DNA of 64,000 bases from an uncultured delta proteobacterium (GCA_963771175.1 CAVYSY010000025.1:1-64000); one strand, 5' to 3'; positions 1 to 10,689 are shown, counted from the stretch's first letter. Translations and numbers: made by a program. The notes: a model not told the origin generated them from the letters alone.

Positions 1-596
1 CACCGGCTCGATGCGCACGGGCGCCGGCAGCGGCGGTAGGGTGCCCAGCCGGCGCGACAGGTACGTGAGCCAGCCGACCCGCACTCTTCGCTTCCGCTTC
101 TCCACGAGGTCCACCATCTCCGAGGAACTGGCCATGGCGAAGTCAGGGTCCCACGCGGTGGCCACGCTGGTGAGCACCTCGGCTAGTACGGGTGCGCTCA
201 GCAGGCGCTCCCGCACCGTCCCTGCCCTGGGCGGCTCAAGGCGACACGAATTGGGCCCCCCATGGTGAGTATTCCCCACAACCCATATCGACGTAGGGTG
301 CTCTCCTTCTTCGCAGTTCCACACCATGCGTTGAAACCCAACTCCTCGATGACCTTCTTGCCAACGTCCGTGCGGATCCTCCCACGAAGGAACAACTGCT
401 CCCACTCCTTCACCTCGGGACGGACAGGGTAGCCCGGCAGCTCGCGAGGAAATCCGCGCCCCCCCCGGTACCATTGGGCGAATGACGGGTCACATCGCGC
501 CAGCATGTGGAAGAACAGCTCCGCGCGCCGGGCACACTCCAGCGCCGTCTCCTTGCGCGGTCCCCAGTACGCCCCCACGTAGTAGCCCTCTCCCAT
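1..596 (-). CDS. Imm52-family immunity protein (frameshifted, runs off window start)
   Basis: N-term YYVGAYWGPRKETALECARRAELFF; later frame reads GWLTYLSRRLGTLPPLPAPVRIEPV, typical of myxobacterial Imm52; directly downstream of a REase toxin. Confidence 0.8.
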
Positions 597-605
597 TCGT
601 GCTCC

Positions 606-2187
606 TCACCGCGCTGGCGGCGTATGGCGGACGGTGATGTTGTCCAACGCTTCTTTCCGAAGAGGGTGTGCAGGTGCGTTCGCGACTTCCGCCTCGGCCA
701 CATGCCAGATCACCGGCAGACTCAGCCTCTCAGCAAGCTTCGATTGTTTTTCGGCCTGAGTCCATCAGCTCCTGGAACCCCTTTGATCTCACGTACCAGG
801 GCTTGGGTGTACCGTCCTTCTCGAAGAAGCTCTTGTAGCCAGGGCCCTTGGCTTCCAGCAGTTCCTTGCCGGTGAAGCCGTCGAACTCCACCTCGCCAAC
901 CATGTAGATGCGCCACGCGGGCTGCCCCGTCACCTGTTCCTCGTAGTCCAAGGCCCGCTTGGATCTGGTGGTGGACGTCTTGTACACCCACCTGCCGGGC
1001 CCCTGTGTCGAGGCCGTCTTCCCTGCTTGACCGCTCCCGCCGCCGGGGTTGCCCTGGCTGCTGCTGGCCATGTGGAGGATGGAGACCGCGCCCGTCCCAC
1101 GCCAAGCGTCGTCGTCACCGTCCCCTCCGCCACCACCACCGTCCTCACCGCCAGCACGCCCTCGGCCGTCACGGACAGCACCGGCAGCTCCGCTCCCAGT
1201 CCGCCCATGCGTCCCACCGTGCCCACCGTCCCCGCTCCGCTCCCGTAGAGCATCAGCAGGTGCGTGGACAGCCGCGCCGCCTCGCGTATCTGGTCCTGCA
1301 ACGACAGGGCCCCGTAGCGCGCGAAGTACTCGGGCGAGGAGGCAATCAGCAGCGCCACCGTGGTGGGCAACTGCGCCAGGCCCTCGACGCCGCGGATGGG
1401 GTGGCGCACGGACTCGGCGAGCGCCAGCGCCATCTCCCCCATGGCGTCCTGCGCCCCGTCCAGCGCGGCGTTGAGCCAGTCGCGCTCCAGACCCAGCTCG
1501 GCCCAGGGAATGGAGTCCGCGCGCCGCAGCTCCTCGTCCACCGGGTAGAGGACGCCACCGCGCGAGAAGTAGAAGGCGCCCACCACGAGCCGGCCTACCT
1601 TGAACTCGCCGTCCACCCAGCTCCACCTGCCCCATGCGCTGCAGGGGCCTGCCGCTGAGCGCGGCCACCAGGTAGCCGTCGGGTCGCACCACCACCACCT
1701 GCCAGAAGCGCTCGGTGCGCCGCAGCAGCTCCGCGTACTCCACGGGCCCACCACTCGCGAGCGCCTCACGCAGCAGCCACGAAAGGACGAGGCGTGGGCC
1801 GAAGCTCTTCTGCGTCACGGACCTCTTCGCCACCTGATGCCACAGATGCCGAGCCATGTCGGCCGAGAGCACCGCGCCCGCCGGGTGCCGGGACTCCTCC
1901 TCGAGGCCACTGGCCTCCTGCACCACTTGAAAGGCGTCCGCCTCCTGCCCGAAGAAGCCGCCCGCGCTGCCCTCGTCCTCCGCCAGCGCGGCGGACCCCT
2001 CCGTCCGCCTGGAGTCGGCGGGGAACGAGGGCACCAGCGAGCGGCGGCCATGCCCACTCAGCGAACTCGGGAGTGGGTGCATCGTGGCGCACCCGCCCAG
2101 CAGTACCAGCACCACCAGGGCCCAGAGGAGCGAGCCGGAGCGCCACCACGTTCCACCAGGGCCAACGCCAGCGAGCGAAGCGGACAT
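606..2187 (-). CDS. Lipoprotein polymorphic toxin with C-terminal Tox-REase-5 domain (several frameshifts)
   Basis: Lipobox LVLLGGC; C-term ALDYEEQVTG..VEFDGF..LLEAKGPGY; ends DNITVRHTPPAR* at 606-608; pieces lie in different frames. Confidence 0.8.
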
Positions 2188-2322
2188 GCATGCCTCCCAG
2201 AGAAGACCGCCCCCCCCGAGGCTACCGACCCGCGCTGACACCCGGCCGTCGCACCGAGAAAAAACTCCAGGTTCTCGCCGGAAGCCTGTAGACCGGGCCG
2301 GAAGCGCGGGAGGGGAACTTCG

Positions 2323-3162
2323 ATGAATCCGATCGTGAAGGGAGCGCTCGTGGTGGGCGCCCTGATCGTCGTGGGAGCGGGCCTGGTGGCCGGCCTGCGC
2401 GGCGGCGGGACCTCGCCCGAGCCCGGTGGCGCGCCTGCCCCTCATCCTGCCCAGAAGCAGACACTGACCATCGCCGCGGCCGCCGACCTGAAGTTCGCGC
2501 TGGATGAGTTGGTGAAGGACTTCCGTGCGAAGCACTCCGGCGCGGATATCCAGGTGACCTACGGTTCGTCGGGCAACTTCCTCGCGCAGATCTCCAACGG
2601 TGCGCCCTTCGATGTCTTCCTCTCCGCGGACGTGGCCTACCCGCGCAAGCTGGCCGAGCAGGGCCTCGTGTCCGAGGACGGCGTCTTCCCCTATGCCGTG
2701 GGCCGCCTCGTGGTGTGGGTGCCGAGGGGCTCGCCGTTGGCGGTGGAGACGCTCGGGATGAAGGCACTGCTGGAGCCCGCCGCCAGACGCATCGCCATCG
2801 CCAATCCCCAGCATGCCCCCTACGGCCGCGCGGCCGAGGCCGCCCTGAGGAACCTGGGAATCTACGACGCCATCAAGGACAAGCTGGTGCTCGGAGAGAA
2901 CATCGCGCAGACCGCGCAGTTCGTGCAGAGCGGCTCGGCGGACGCGGGCATCATCGCCCTGTCGCTCGCGTTGGCCCCAGCCATGAAGGAGGGCCGCCAC
3001 TGGGAAGTGCCGCTCGACGCGTACCCGAGCCTGGAGCAGGGCGGCGCCATCCTGAAGCGGGCCCGAGACGTGCAACTGGCGAAGCAGTTCCGGGACTACC
3101 TGCTGGGGACGGAAGGCAAGGCGCTCCTGAAGCGCTACGGCTTCTTCCTCCCGGGAGCGTGA
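2323..3162 (+). CDS. modA: Molybdate ABC transporter substrate-binding protein
   Basis: AAAADLK, YGSSG, APFDVFLSAD, IANPQHAPYGRAA motifs. Confidence 0.95.
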   Translation: MNPIVKGALVVGALIVVGAGLVAGLRGGGTSPEPGGAPAPHPAQKQTLTIAAAADLKFALDELVKDFRAKHSGADIQVTYGSSGNFLAQISNGAPFDVFLSADVAYPRKLAEQGLVSEDGVFPYAVGRLVVWVPRGSPLAVETLGMKALLEPAARRIAIANPQHAPYGRAAEAALRNLGIYDAIKDKLVLGENIAQTAQFVQSGSADAGIIALSLALAPAMKEGRHWEVPLDAYPSLEQGGAILKRARDVQLAKQFRDYLLGTEGKALLKRYGFFLPGA

Positions 3163-3839
3163 AGGTGGACTGGGCCGCCATCGCACTGAGTCTGCGCCTC
3201 GCCGGGTGGACCACCGTCATCCTCCTGGCCGTGGGCCTCCCCATCGCCTGGTGGCTGGCCACCTCGCGCTGGCGGTGGAAGTTCCTGGTCGAGGCCGTGG
3301 TCGCGCTGCCGCTGGTGCTGCCCCCCACGGTGCTGGGCTTCTACCTGCTGCTCGTGCTCGGCCCGCGCAGCCCGCTGGGGCACGCCTTCGAGTCGCTCGT
3401 CGGGCACTCCCTCCCCTTCAGCTTCCAGGGCCTGCTGCTGGCCTCGGTGCTCTACAGCCTGCCCTTCGCCGTCCAGCCCTTCACCGCCGCGCTCGCCGGC
3501 GTGGATCGCCGCCTCATCGAGGCCTCGTGGTCCCTGGGCGTCTCGCGCTTCCAGACGTTCGTCCGCGTCGTGCTGCCCCTGTCCGCCACCGGCATCCTCT
3601 CCGGCATGGTCCTCACCTTCGCGCATACGCTGGGCGAGTTCGGCGTGGTGCTGATGGTGGGCGGCAACCTGGAGGGCCGCACGCGCACGGCCTCCATCGC
3701 CATCTACGACGCGGTGCAGGCGCTGGACTACGCCTCGGCGGGCAGGACGGCGCTGCTGCTGCTCGTCTTCTCATTCGTCGTGCTGGCCCTCACCTACGGG
3801 CTCCAGCGGAGGGTGTGGGCACCATGGCCGACACGCTGA
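3159..3839 (+). CDS. modB: Molybdate ABC transporter permease
   Basis: ALPLVLPPTVLGFYLL, FAHTLGEFGVVLMVGGN; GTG start overlaps modA stop. Confidence 0.95.
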   Translation: MKVDWAAIALSLRLAGWTTVILLAVGLPIAWWLATSRWRWKFLVEAVVALPLVLPPTVLGFYLLLVLGPRSPLGHAFESLVGHSLPFSFQGLLLASVLYSLPFAVQPFTAALAGVDRRLIEASWSLGVSRFQTFVRVVLPLSATGILSGMVLTFAHTLGEFGVVLMVGGNLEGRTRTASIAIYDAVQALDYASAGRTALLLLVFSFVVLALTYGLQRRVWAPWPTR

Positions 3840-4912
3840 TGGTCGACGTCGAGAAGCGCTTCCGCGGCGGCCCCACCGTCCAGGCGGCCCTGGAGCTGCG
3901 GGCCCTCCCCGGCCGGGTCGCGGTGCTGTTCGGCCCCTCGGGCGCGGGGAAGACGACGGTGCTGCGGTGCCTCGCGGGGCTCGACCAGCCCGAGCGCGGG
4001 CGCATCCTCTTCCACGGCGAGCCCTGGTACGACGCCGGGGCCCGCGTGTTCCTGCCACCCCAGCAGCGGCGCGTGGGCTACCTCTTCCAGGACTACGCCC
4101 TCTTCCCCCACCTCACCGCGGAGCAGAACGTCGAGTACGGCCTCGCCCACCTCCCAGCGGCCGAGCGGCGCGAGCGCTCCCGATCCCTCTTCAAGCTGCT
4201 GAACCTGGAGGGACTGGAGGGACGCGGGCCCCGCGAGCTCTCCGGCGGGCAGCAGCAACGGGTGGCACTGGCCCGAGCGCTCGCCATCCGCCCTCGCCTG
4301 CTGCTGCTGGACGAGCCCCTGTCCGCACTGGATGCCCCGTCGCGCGAGCAGCTCCGGGGCGAGCTGCGGCGGCTGCTCCGGGAGCTGGGCGTGCCCACCG
4401 TGGTGGTGACACATGACCGGCTGGAGGCCCTCGCGCTGGGGGACGATCTGGTGGCCATGGAGGGCGGCCGGGTGTGCCAGGTGGGACCGGTGGCCGACGT
4501 GTTCAACCACCCGGCGGAGCTCGCCGTGGCGCGGATGACGGGCATCGAGACGGTGCTGCCGGGCACCGTGCTGAAGCGCGAGGCGGGGCTGGCCACGGTG
4601 GCGGTGGGCTCGCACCACCTCACCGCCCTGGAGCCCACGCAGGGAGGCGACGAGGTCTTCGTCTGCATCCGCTCGGAGGACGTCACGCTGGGTCCTCCCG
4701 AGGCCGCGCCCACCAGCGCGCGCAACCGACTGCCCTGCACCGTGGTGTCGCTCTCCCCCGAGGGTGCCCTGGTGCGAGTGGCGCTCGACGCGGGCTTCCC
4801 CCTGGTGGCGCGGGTGACGCGCTTCTCCATCGAGGAGCTGGGGCTCGCCGAGGGCCGCCCCGTCACCGCCACCTTCAAGGCGCCCTCGGTGCGGCTCGTG
4901 CCGCGCCCCTGA
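3824..4912 (+). CDS. modC: Molybdate ABC transporter ATP-binding protein with TOBE domains
   Basis: GPSGAGKTT, LSGGQQQR, LLLDEP, C-term SARN/TOBE. Confidence 0.93.
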   Translation: MADTLMVDVEKRFRGGPTVQAALELRALPGRVAVLFGPSGAGKTTVLRCLAGLDQPERGRILFHGEPWYDAGARVFLPPQQRRVGYLFQDYALFPHLTAEQNVEYGLAHLPAAERRERSRSLFKLLNLEGLEGRGPRELSGGQQQRVALARALAIRPRLLLLDEPLSALDAPSREQLRGELRRLLRELGVPTVVVTHDRLEALALGDDLVAMEGGRVCQVGPVADVFNHPAELAVARMTGIETVLPGTVLKREAGLATVAVGSHHLTALEPTQGGDEVFVCIRSEDVTLGPPEAAPTSARNRLPCTVVSLSPEGALVRVALDAGFPLVARVTRFSIEELGLAEGRPVTATFKAPSVRLVPRP

Positions 4913-5435
4913 GACCGCGCCGCCGCCCCTGTTCCCGTGCACACCCGCCGCGTCCCCTTCCCCGGGTGAGCCACTCCCCGCGCTCCCTGGCGGCATCCCT
5001 CCTGCTTCTCGTCTCGGTGCCAGGAACCGCCCTGGAGGAAGAGCCGGACGAGGTCAGCGAGGTGGACCACCGCTTGAAGGCTCGGGCCGAAGGAGACCTG
5101 GTGCATCTCCCGGAGCCTCGAACCTTCCGCAACCCAGGCAAGCACGACACCGAGTGGGAGGAGTGACGCGAGCTGCCCCAGGGTGGCACGGTGCATGGCT
5201 TCAACCGCGAGACGCAGGGACAACAGGTGTTCCACCGCTCCGCTCGACGACTCTTCGGATGCTTCGTCCGCTCCGCCGTGCGACTCGAGGCGGGGAATGG
5301 CGCACACCGGGACGAGGGACTGCGACTCGCCCAGCAGGTGCTCACGGATGGGCTGCTCCGCCGGACTTTCGAGCCCCTCTTCGACAACGGGCTGCGGGGG
5401 CTCTACACCGTCACTCCGCTGTTCCAGGACGGTCG

Positions 5436-5916
5436 TCCGGCGGGAGACGGCCAGTTCCAGGGCGGCGGACCGCACATCCTCCAGATCGAAGAGCTGATCG
5501 AGGACGTAGGCCCCGGGAATCCGAGCCATCCGCTCGCGCTGCTTCGGGCTGGTGAAGGCACTGATGAGGATGACGGGCACCTCGGAATGACTGGCGCTCA
5601 GCCGCGCGAGGGCATCCAGGCCGGCGTCCCCCAACATCCGCACGTTGCAGATGATGAGCTCCGGCACCTTGTTGTGATTGTCAGTGAAGCCCTGGGAGAG
5701 CAGCTCGACGGCATCCCGCGCGTCCTCGACCACACCGACCTCGAAGCGCTCCTGCGCGAGCATGTCGCGCACGAGCTGGCAGCGCTCCCTCAAATTCTCA
5801 ACGAGCAACACCTGCCCCTGAAAGGTCACCGTGCGCTTCCGAGGCTCGCCCCGGAGTGCCTGACCTGCCCGCGCCCTGCTCTGAGTCAACACCTCGTTGG
5901 CTCCCATGACCGTCAT
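5436..5916 (-). CDS. Atypical (pseudo) receiver-domain protein; 3' end uncertain
   Basis: VLLVEN..PELIICNVRM..VILISAF..LDQLFDL receiver pattern; the frame stays open into modC antisense, so the true stop is unclear. Confidence 0.65.
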
Positions 5917-6250
5917 TCCATCGTTGCGACTGGCCGAATACAGCAGCAGTCGTGCCGCTCTTTTGCACCACGCTCATAATACGGAAAACAGGGAAATAAC
6001 CAACAGCCCCACTCTGGCTGACCAGTGGGGGGGACAGGAGAACCCCCACGGTGTGGCCTTCCGCCACTCCTTGGAGCACCACCGACTTCGCCTGGGGTGA
6101 ATCCCCGAAAGGCCCTCCTGCGCTCGATGGCCCCGCGCCCCGTCCGGACAGCGTGCGTGCGGGCTCGAGGGCCCATCCCCGCCACCATAAATCGTCACAA
6201 GCACCCCGGGCCGTATCCCCCCATGAGGGAGCTGCCACGGAGAGAGCTGG

Positions 6251-7213
6251 ATGCGTCGATGGGTGCGAACTGCGGCGGTGGGAGGGGTCTTGGCTTGCCT
6301 GGGGAGCATGGGTGCTTCGGCGTCCGCCCCCGCGAAAGATGATTCGAGCGGGTATGGCCCACCGCCCGCCCAGGTGGCGGTCGGTGAGGCCTCCCGCCCG
6401 GTCGACGAGGAGCCCTTCCTCGGCGTGGTCATTCCCAATGACTCCGTGGAGGTGAGCTCCCGCTTCGAGTCGCGGCTGGTCGAGCTCGACGTCGAGGTGG
6501 GCGAGTCCGTGAAGAAGGGCCAGGTGCTCGCGCGGCTGGACACGCGCTCCCTCCAGCAGCAGCTCGCCGCGGCCCAGGCCACCCTCCAGGGCTCGCGCGC
6601 CGAGGAGCAGGCCGCCTCGCTCGCCCTCGCCGAGGCCCGCGAGAAGAAGGGCCGCTACTTCACCCCGCGCTCGCTGGAGCTGGGCGTCTACTCCCAGGAG
6701 GAGCTGGCCAAGGTCCGCTACGAGGAGAGCACCGCCTCCGCCCGCCTGCAGGCGGCCCGGGCACAGTCGCTCGAGCGGCGGGCCCAGGTGACCGAGCTGA
6801 AGGAGAACCTGGAGGATGCCACCCTGGTGGCGCCCTTCGATGGAGTGGTGGCCTCCCGGCTCATCAGCCCCGGGTCCCGCATCGCGCCGGGGCAGCCCGT
6901 GCTCCGGCTGCTCGGCACCAGCGGCTGGAAGGTGCGCTTCGCCATTCCCGAGGACGAGGCACGAGAGCTCCAGCCGGGCTCGCCCGTGGAGGTGCACGCC
7001 CTCCAGAGGGACCTCTCGCTCGCGGGTCTGGTGGAGAGCATCGCACCCGAGGTGGACGCCGCGGCCCGCCTGGTCTTCGCCACCGCCACCTTCAACCAGC
7101 CACCGCCGCCCGAGGTCTCCTCCGGCATGGTCGTCCACGTCCGCTCGGGGCCTCCGGTGCGGCTCGGCGGGCAGGCCACGAGCGGCTCCGCGCCCACGGG
7201 GGCAGCGCCCTGA
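6251..7213 (+). CDS. Efflux periplasmic adaptor (membrane fusion) protein
   Basis: VEVGESVKKGQVLARLD lipoyl half, coiled coil, LVAPFDGVV. Confidence 0.88.
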   Translation: MRRWVRTAAVGGVLACLGSMGASASAPAKDDSSGYGPPPAQVAVGEASRPVDEEPFLGVVIPNDSVEVSSRFESRLVELDVEVGESVKKGQVLARLDTRSLQQQLAAAQATLQGSRAEEQAASLALAEAREKKGRYFTPRSLELGVYSQEELAKVRYEESTASARLQAARAQSLERRAQVTELKENLEDATLVAPFDGVVASRLISPGSRIAPGQPVLRLLGTSGWKVRFAIPEDEARELQPGSPVEVHALQRDLSLAGLVESIAPEVDAAARLVFATATFNQPPPPEVSSGMVVHVRSGPPVRLGGQATSGSAPTGAAP

Positions 7214-7215
7214 CC

Positions 7216-8163
7216 ATGGAAGCCACACAACGGACCCGCCTCTTCCGCGAGGAAGCCCTGCGCCATCACGAAGGCGCGCAGGAGGACGGAGACATCCTCC
7301 GCATCTCCCCGCGGTGGACCCGGTGGACATACTGGGTGCTGCTCGCCCTGCTTGCCTGCGCGGCCCTGTACTCGCTGCTCGGCACCATCCCCGAGTACGC
7401 CTCCGGCCCCGCGGTGGTGAAGGTCGAGGGCCGGAGCGATCTCACCACCGAGCAGCCGGGCATCGTGTCCTCCGTGGACGTGAAGGCCGGGCAGCGGGTG
7501 GAGGCCGGACAGCCGCTGGTGAGCTTCCTCTCCCAGGAGGAGACGTCCACGCTGGAGCGCATCCAGCGTGAGTTCGAATTGCAGCTCGTCCGCGTGCTGC
7601 AGAACCCGGCGGACGAGGCCGCGCGACAGACCCTCACCTCGCTGCGCGCCGAGCGCGAGCTGGCCGAGGCCCGGCAGCGGGCCCGCACGTTGCGAGCGCC
7701 CCAGGCCGGCGTCGTGAGTGCCCTGCGCGTCCGTCAGGGCCAGTACGTCAACCCGGGCGAGAGCGTGGTGTCCGTCGTGGGCGACAACGTCGATGTGACA
7801 CTGGTGACGCTGATGCCCGGCGGCTACCGGCCGAGGCTGACCCCGGGCAAGCCGCTGCGCGTGGAGCTGAACGGCTTCACCCACGAGTACCAGACGTTCA
7901 CCATCGAGTCCGTGGGGGATCAGATCATCGGCCCCAACGAGGTCCGCCGGTTCCTCGGAGCGGACAGCGGCGATGCCGTGCCCCTCTCCGGCCCCATGGT
8001 GGTGGTGCGAGCGAAGATTCCCTCGCCCACCTTCACCAGCAAGGGAAAGACCTTCAACTACTTCGACGGGATGTTGGCCCAGGCCGATGCGCGCGTGCGC
8101 TCGGAGCGCATCCTCGTGACGCTCATTCCGGGCCTGAAGGGAGCACTGGGAAATGAGGACTGA
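7216..8163 (+). CDS. HlyD-family secretion adaptor
   Basis: LFREEAL start, TM helix, VKAGQRVEAGQPL and LRAPQAGVV lipoyl halves. Confidence 0.88.
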   Translation: MEATQRTRLFREEALRHHEGAQEDGDILRISPRWTRWTYWVLLALLACAALYSLLGTIPEYASGPAVVKVEGRSDLTTEQPGIVSSVDVKAGQRVEAGQPLVSFLSQEETSTLERIQREFELQLVRVLQNPADEAARQTLTSLRAERELAEARQRARTLRAPQAGVVSALRVRQGQYVNPGESVVSVVGDNVDVTLVTLMPGGYRPRLTPGKPLRVELNGFTHEYQTFTIESVGDQIIGPNEVRRFLGADSGDAVPLSGPMVVVRAKIPSPTFTSKGKTFNYFDGMLAQADARVRSERILVTLIPGLKGALGNED

Positions 8164-10381
8164 GGCCGCCCGGCATCCCGGGCTCACCGAGCGCTTCCCC
8201 GCGTTCCGCAACCTCCACGTGAAGGGCCGCACGCGTCGGATTCCGCTCGTGCGCCAGCTCTCGGAGATCGAGTGCGGCGCGGCCTGCCTGGCCATGGTGC
8301 TCGGCTACCACGGGAAGCAGGTGCGCCTGGAGGAGGTCCGCCAGGCGATGGGGGCGGCGCGCGATGGGGTCTCCGCGCTCGACATCCTGCGCACGGCCCG
8401 CACCTTCGGCCTGCGCGGACGCGGCGTCTCTGTGGACGAGGACGCACTGAACTACCTGCCGACCGGCACCATCCTGCACTGGCAGTTCTCGCACTTCGTC
8501 GTCTTCGAGAAGCTGGGCCGGGACGGCGTCCACCTGCTCGACCCGGGACACGGCCGGCGCAAGGTTTCCCTGGAGCGCTTCCGCCAGTCCTTCACCGGCG
8601 TGGCCCTGCTGTTGGAGCCGGGCGAGAACTTCGAGACGGGCAAGAAGGAGCGCCCCCGCTCGGTCTCGCGGTACGCCCTGCAGGTGCTCCAGCAGTCGCA
8701 CGTCCTCCAGCGCATCATCGTCGTCTCGCTCGTCCTTCAGCTCTTCGCGCTGGCGGTGCCGGCGCTGACGGGGCTCATCATCGACCGCGTGGTGCCGAGG
8801 GGAGACACGCACCTGCTGCTGGTGGTGGGCCTGGGCTTCCTCTCGCTGGCCGGCTTCCAGCTCCTCACCTCGCTCATTCGAGGCCACCTGCTGCTCGAGC
8901 TGCGCACGCGCATGGACTCGAGCATGACGCTGGGCTTCCTGGAGCACCTCGTCGGCCTCTCCTACGCCTTCTTCCAGGTGCGCGCGGCGGGAGACCTGAT
9001 GCAGCGGCTCAACAGCAACGCCACCGTGCGGGAGATCCTCTCGTCCAGCACGCTCTCCGCCCTGCTCGATGGCGCCCTGGTGGTCCTCTACCTGGTGCTG
9101 CTGCTCGTGGTGAGCCCGCCCATGGCACTCATCGTCCTGGGACTGGGCACCCTGCAGATCCTCATCCTCCTGCTCTCCACGCGGCGCCAGCGCGCGTTGA
9201 TGTCGGAGAACCTGGAGGTGGAGGCGAAGAGCCAGAGCTACCAGATCGAGATGCTCACCGGCATCCAGACGCTGAAGGCCTTCGGAGTGGAGCACCAGGC
9301 GGTGCAGCGCTACTCGGAGAACTTCGTCAACGTGCTCAACGTGTCGCTGAAGCGGGGCCGGCTGTCGGCGTGGGTGGACTCACTCACCGGCACGCTGCGG
9401 CTGGTGGCCCCGCTGGTGCTGCTCACCTTCGGCGCCCTCCAGGTGCTGGGGGGGCACATGACGCTGGGCACCATGATGGGGCTCAACGCGCTCGCCGGGG
9501 CGCTGCTCGTGCCGCTGGGCAACCTGGTCACCACCGGCTCCCAGCTCCAGCTCCTGCGCAGCTACATCGAGCGCATCGACGACGTGCTGGACACCCCGCC
9601 CGAGAGGGACCCGTCCCGCCCCGGCCGTCCGGCGAAGCTGCGAGGAGGCATCGAGCTGGAACGGGTGTCCTTCCGCTACTCGGGCACGTCGCCGCTGGTG
9701 GTGCAGGACGTGTCGGTGAGCATCGAGCCCGGCCAGGCGGTGGCGATCGTCGGGCGCTCCGGCGCGGGGAAGACGACGTTGGCCAACCTGCTGCTCGGGC
9801 TGTACCTGCCCACGTCCGGGCGCGTCCTCTTCGACGGAGAGGATCTGACGGATCTGGACCTGCACGCGGTACGCGGTCAGATGGGGGTGGTGCCCCAGGA
9901 GCCAACCTTCTTCAGCTCCACGGTGCGCGGCAACATCGCCATCACCGACCCGGCCGCGCCCCTGGAGCCCGTCATCGAGGCGGCCCGGCTGGCCCAGCTC
10001 CACGATGAAATCATGGCCATGCCCATGGGCTACGACACGCCCCTGGTGGACCGGGGTGCATCGCTCTCGGGCGGGCAGCGACAACGTCTGGCATTGGCCC
10101 GGGCACTGATGCAGAGGCCGGCGGTGCTGCTGCTGGATGAGGCCACCAGCGCGCTCGACGCCATCACCGAGAGCCGGGTGCAGCAATCGCTCGCATCCCT
10201 GCGCTGCACGCGCGTGATCATCGCCCACCGGCTGAGCACCGTGGTGGACGCGGACCTCATCCTGGTCATGGACGAGGGCCGGCTGGTGGAGGCCGGCAGA
10301 CACCAGGAACTGCTCCTGCGCGGCGGCATCTACTCGGAGCTGGTACGCGCCCAGGTGCGCACGGGCGGGCGTCTGGAGTAG
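8153..10381 (+). CDS. lanT: Peptidase-containing ABC transporter (C39 + TMD + NBD), LanT-type
   Basis: QLSEIECGAACLAM catalytic Cys, HFVV His, DP Asp; GRSGAGKTT; LSGGQRQR; LLLDEATS. Confidence 0.95.
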   Translation: MRTEAARHPGLTERFPAFRNLHVKGRTRRIPLVRQLSEIECGAACLAMVLGYHGKQVRLEEVRQAMGAARDGVSALDILRTARTFGLRGRGVSVDEDALNYLPTGTILHWQFSHFVVFEKLGRDGVHLLDPGHGRRKVSLERFRQSFTGVALLLEPGENFETGKKERPRSVSRYALQVLQQSHVLQRIIVVSLVLQLFALAVPALTGLIIDRVVPRGDTHLLLVVGLGFLSLAGFQLLTSLIRGHLLLELRTRMDSSMTLGFLEHLVGLSYAFFQVRAAGDLMQRLNSNATVREILSSSTLSALLDGALVVLYLVLLLVVSPPMALIVLGLGTLQILILLLSTRRQRALMSENLEVEAKSQSYQIEMLTGIQTLKAFGVEHQAVQRYSENFVNVLNVSLKRGRLSAWVDSLTGTLRLVAPLVLLTFGALQVLGGHMTLGTMMGLNALAGALLVPLGNLVTTGSQLQLLRSYIERIDDVLDTPPERDPSRPGRPAKLRGGIELERVSFRYSGTSPLVVQDVSVSIEPGQAVAIVGRSGAGKTTLANLLLGLYLPTSGRVLFDGEDLTDLDLHAVRGQMGVVPQEPTFFSSTVRGNIAITDPAAPLEPVIEAARLAQLHDEIMAMPMGYDTPLVDRGASLSGGQRQRLALARALMQRPAVLLLDEATSALDAITESRVQQSLASLRCTRVIIAHRLSTVVDADLILVMDEGRLVEAGRHQELLLRGGIYSELVRAQVRTGGRLE

Positions 10382-10458
10382 CGCGTCACCAACGCCACCC
10401 ACCCCACTCCATCCAGGTGCCTGCTTCAATTTCGGGGCAGGCGCTTCAAGGAGACATC

Positions 10459-10689
10459 ATGAAGAAGGAGCAGATCATCAGGGCCTGGAAGGATCCGGAG
10501 TACCGAGCGAGCCTCACCTCCGAGGAGCGCGCCACCCTCCCCGAGAGCCCTTCCGGCAGGGCGTTGACGGAGCTCGATGAGTCCGAGCTGCTGGGGATCA
10601 TCGGCGGCAGGGCGTCGGAGTTGGAGCCCAACACGGGTTGTACCGACGGCCGGCCCACGTGCGGCATCGTCAACTGCACGCTCCTCTAA
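10459..10689 (+). CDS. lanA: Class II lanthipeptide precursor (mersacidin/lichenicidin-type leader), 76 aa
   Basis: RBS AAGGAG; leader MKKEQIIRAWKDPEYRASL...ELDESELLGIIGG; core RASELEPNTGCTDGRPTCGIVNCTLL. Confidence 0.93.
   Translation: MKKEQIIRAWKDPEYRASLTSEERATLPESPSGRALTELDESELLGIIGGRASELEPNTGCTDGRPTCGIVNCTLL

Noticed and set aside
2190..2322. ModE box or Moco riboswitch before modA
   Set aside because: No TATAT-N7-TAYAT-like motif or recognisable Moco RNA elements
4966..5430. Plus-strand reading frame with signal-like start and one internal stop
   Set aside because: No recognisable family; cannot be distinguished from a shadow ORF
4093..5435. 607-aa extension of the receiver ORF
   Set aside because: Runs antisense through modC and lacks domain features; typical high-GC open frame
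6085..6120. TGGGGTGAATCCCCGAAAGG resembling part of a ydaO riboswitch upstream of the lan operon
   Set aside because: Lacks the GTAGGG and CCGTCAGCTAAC blocks and P1 pairing
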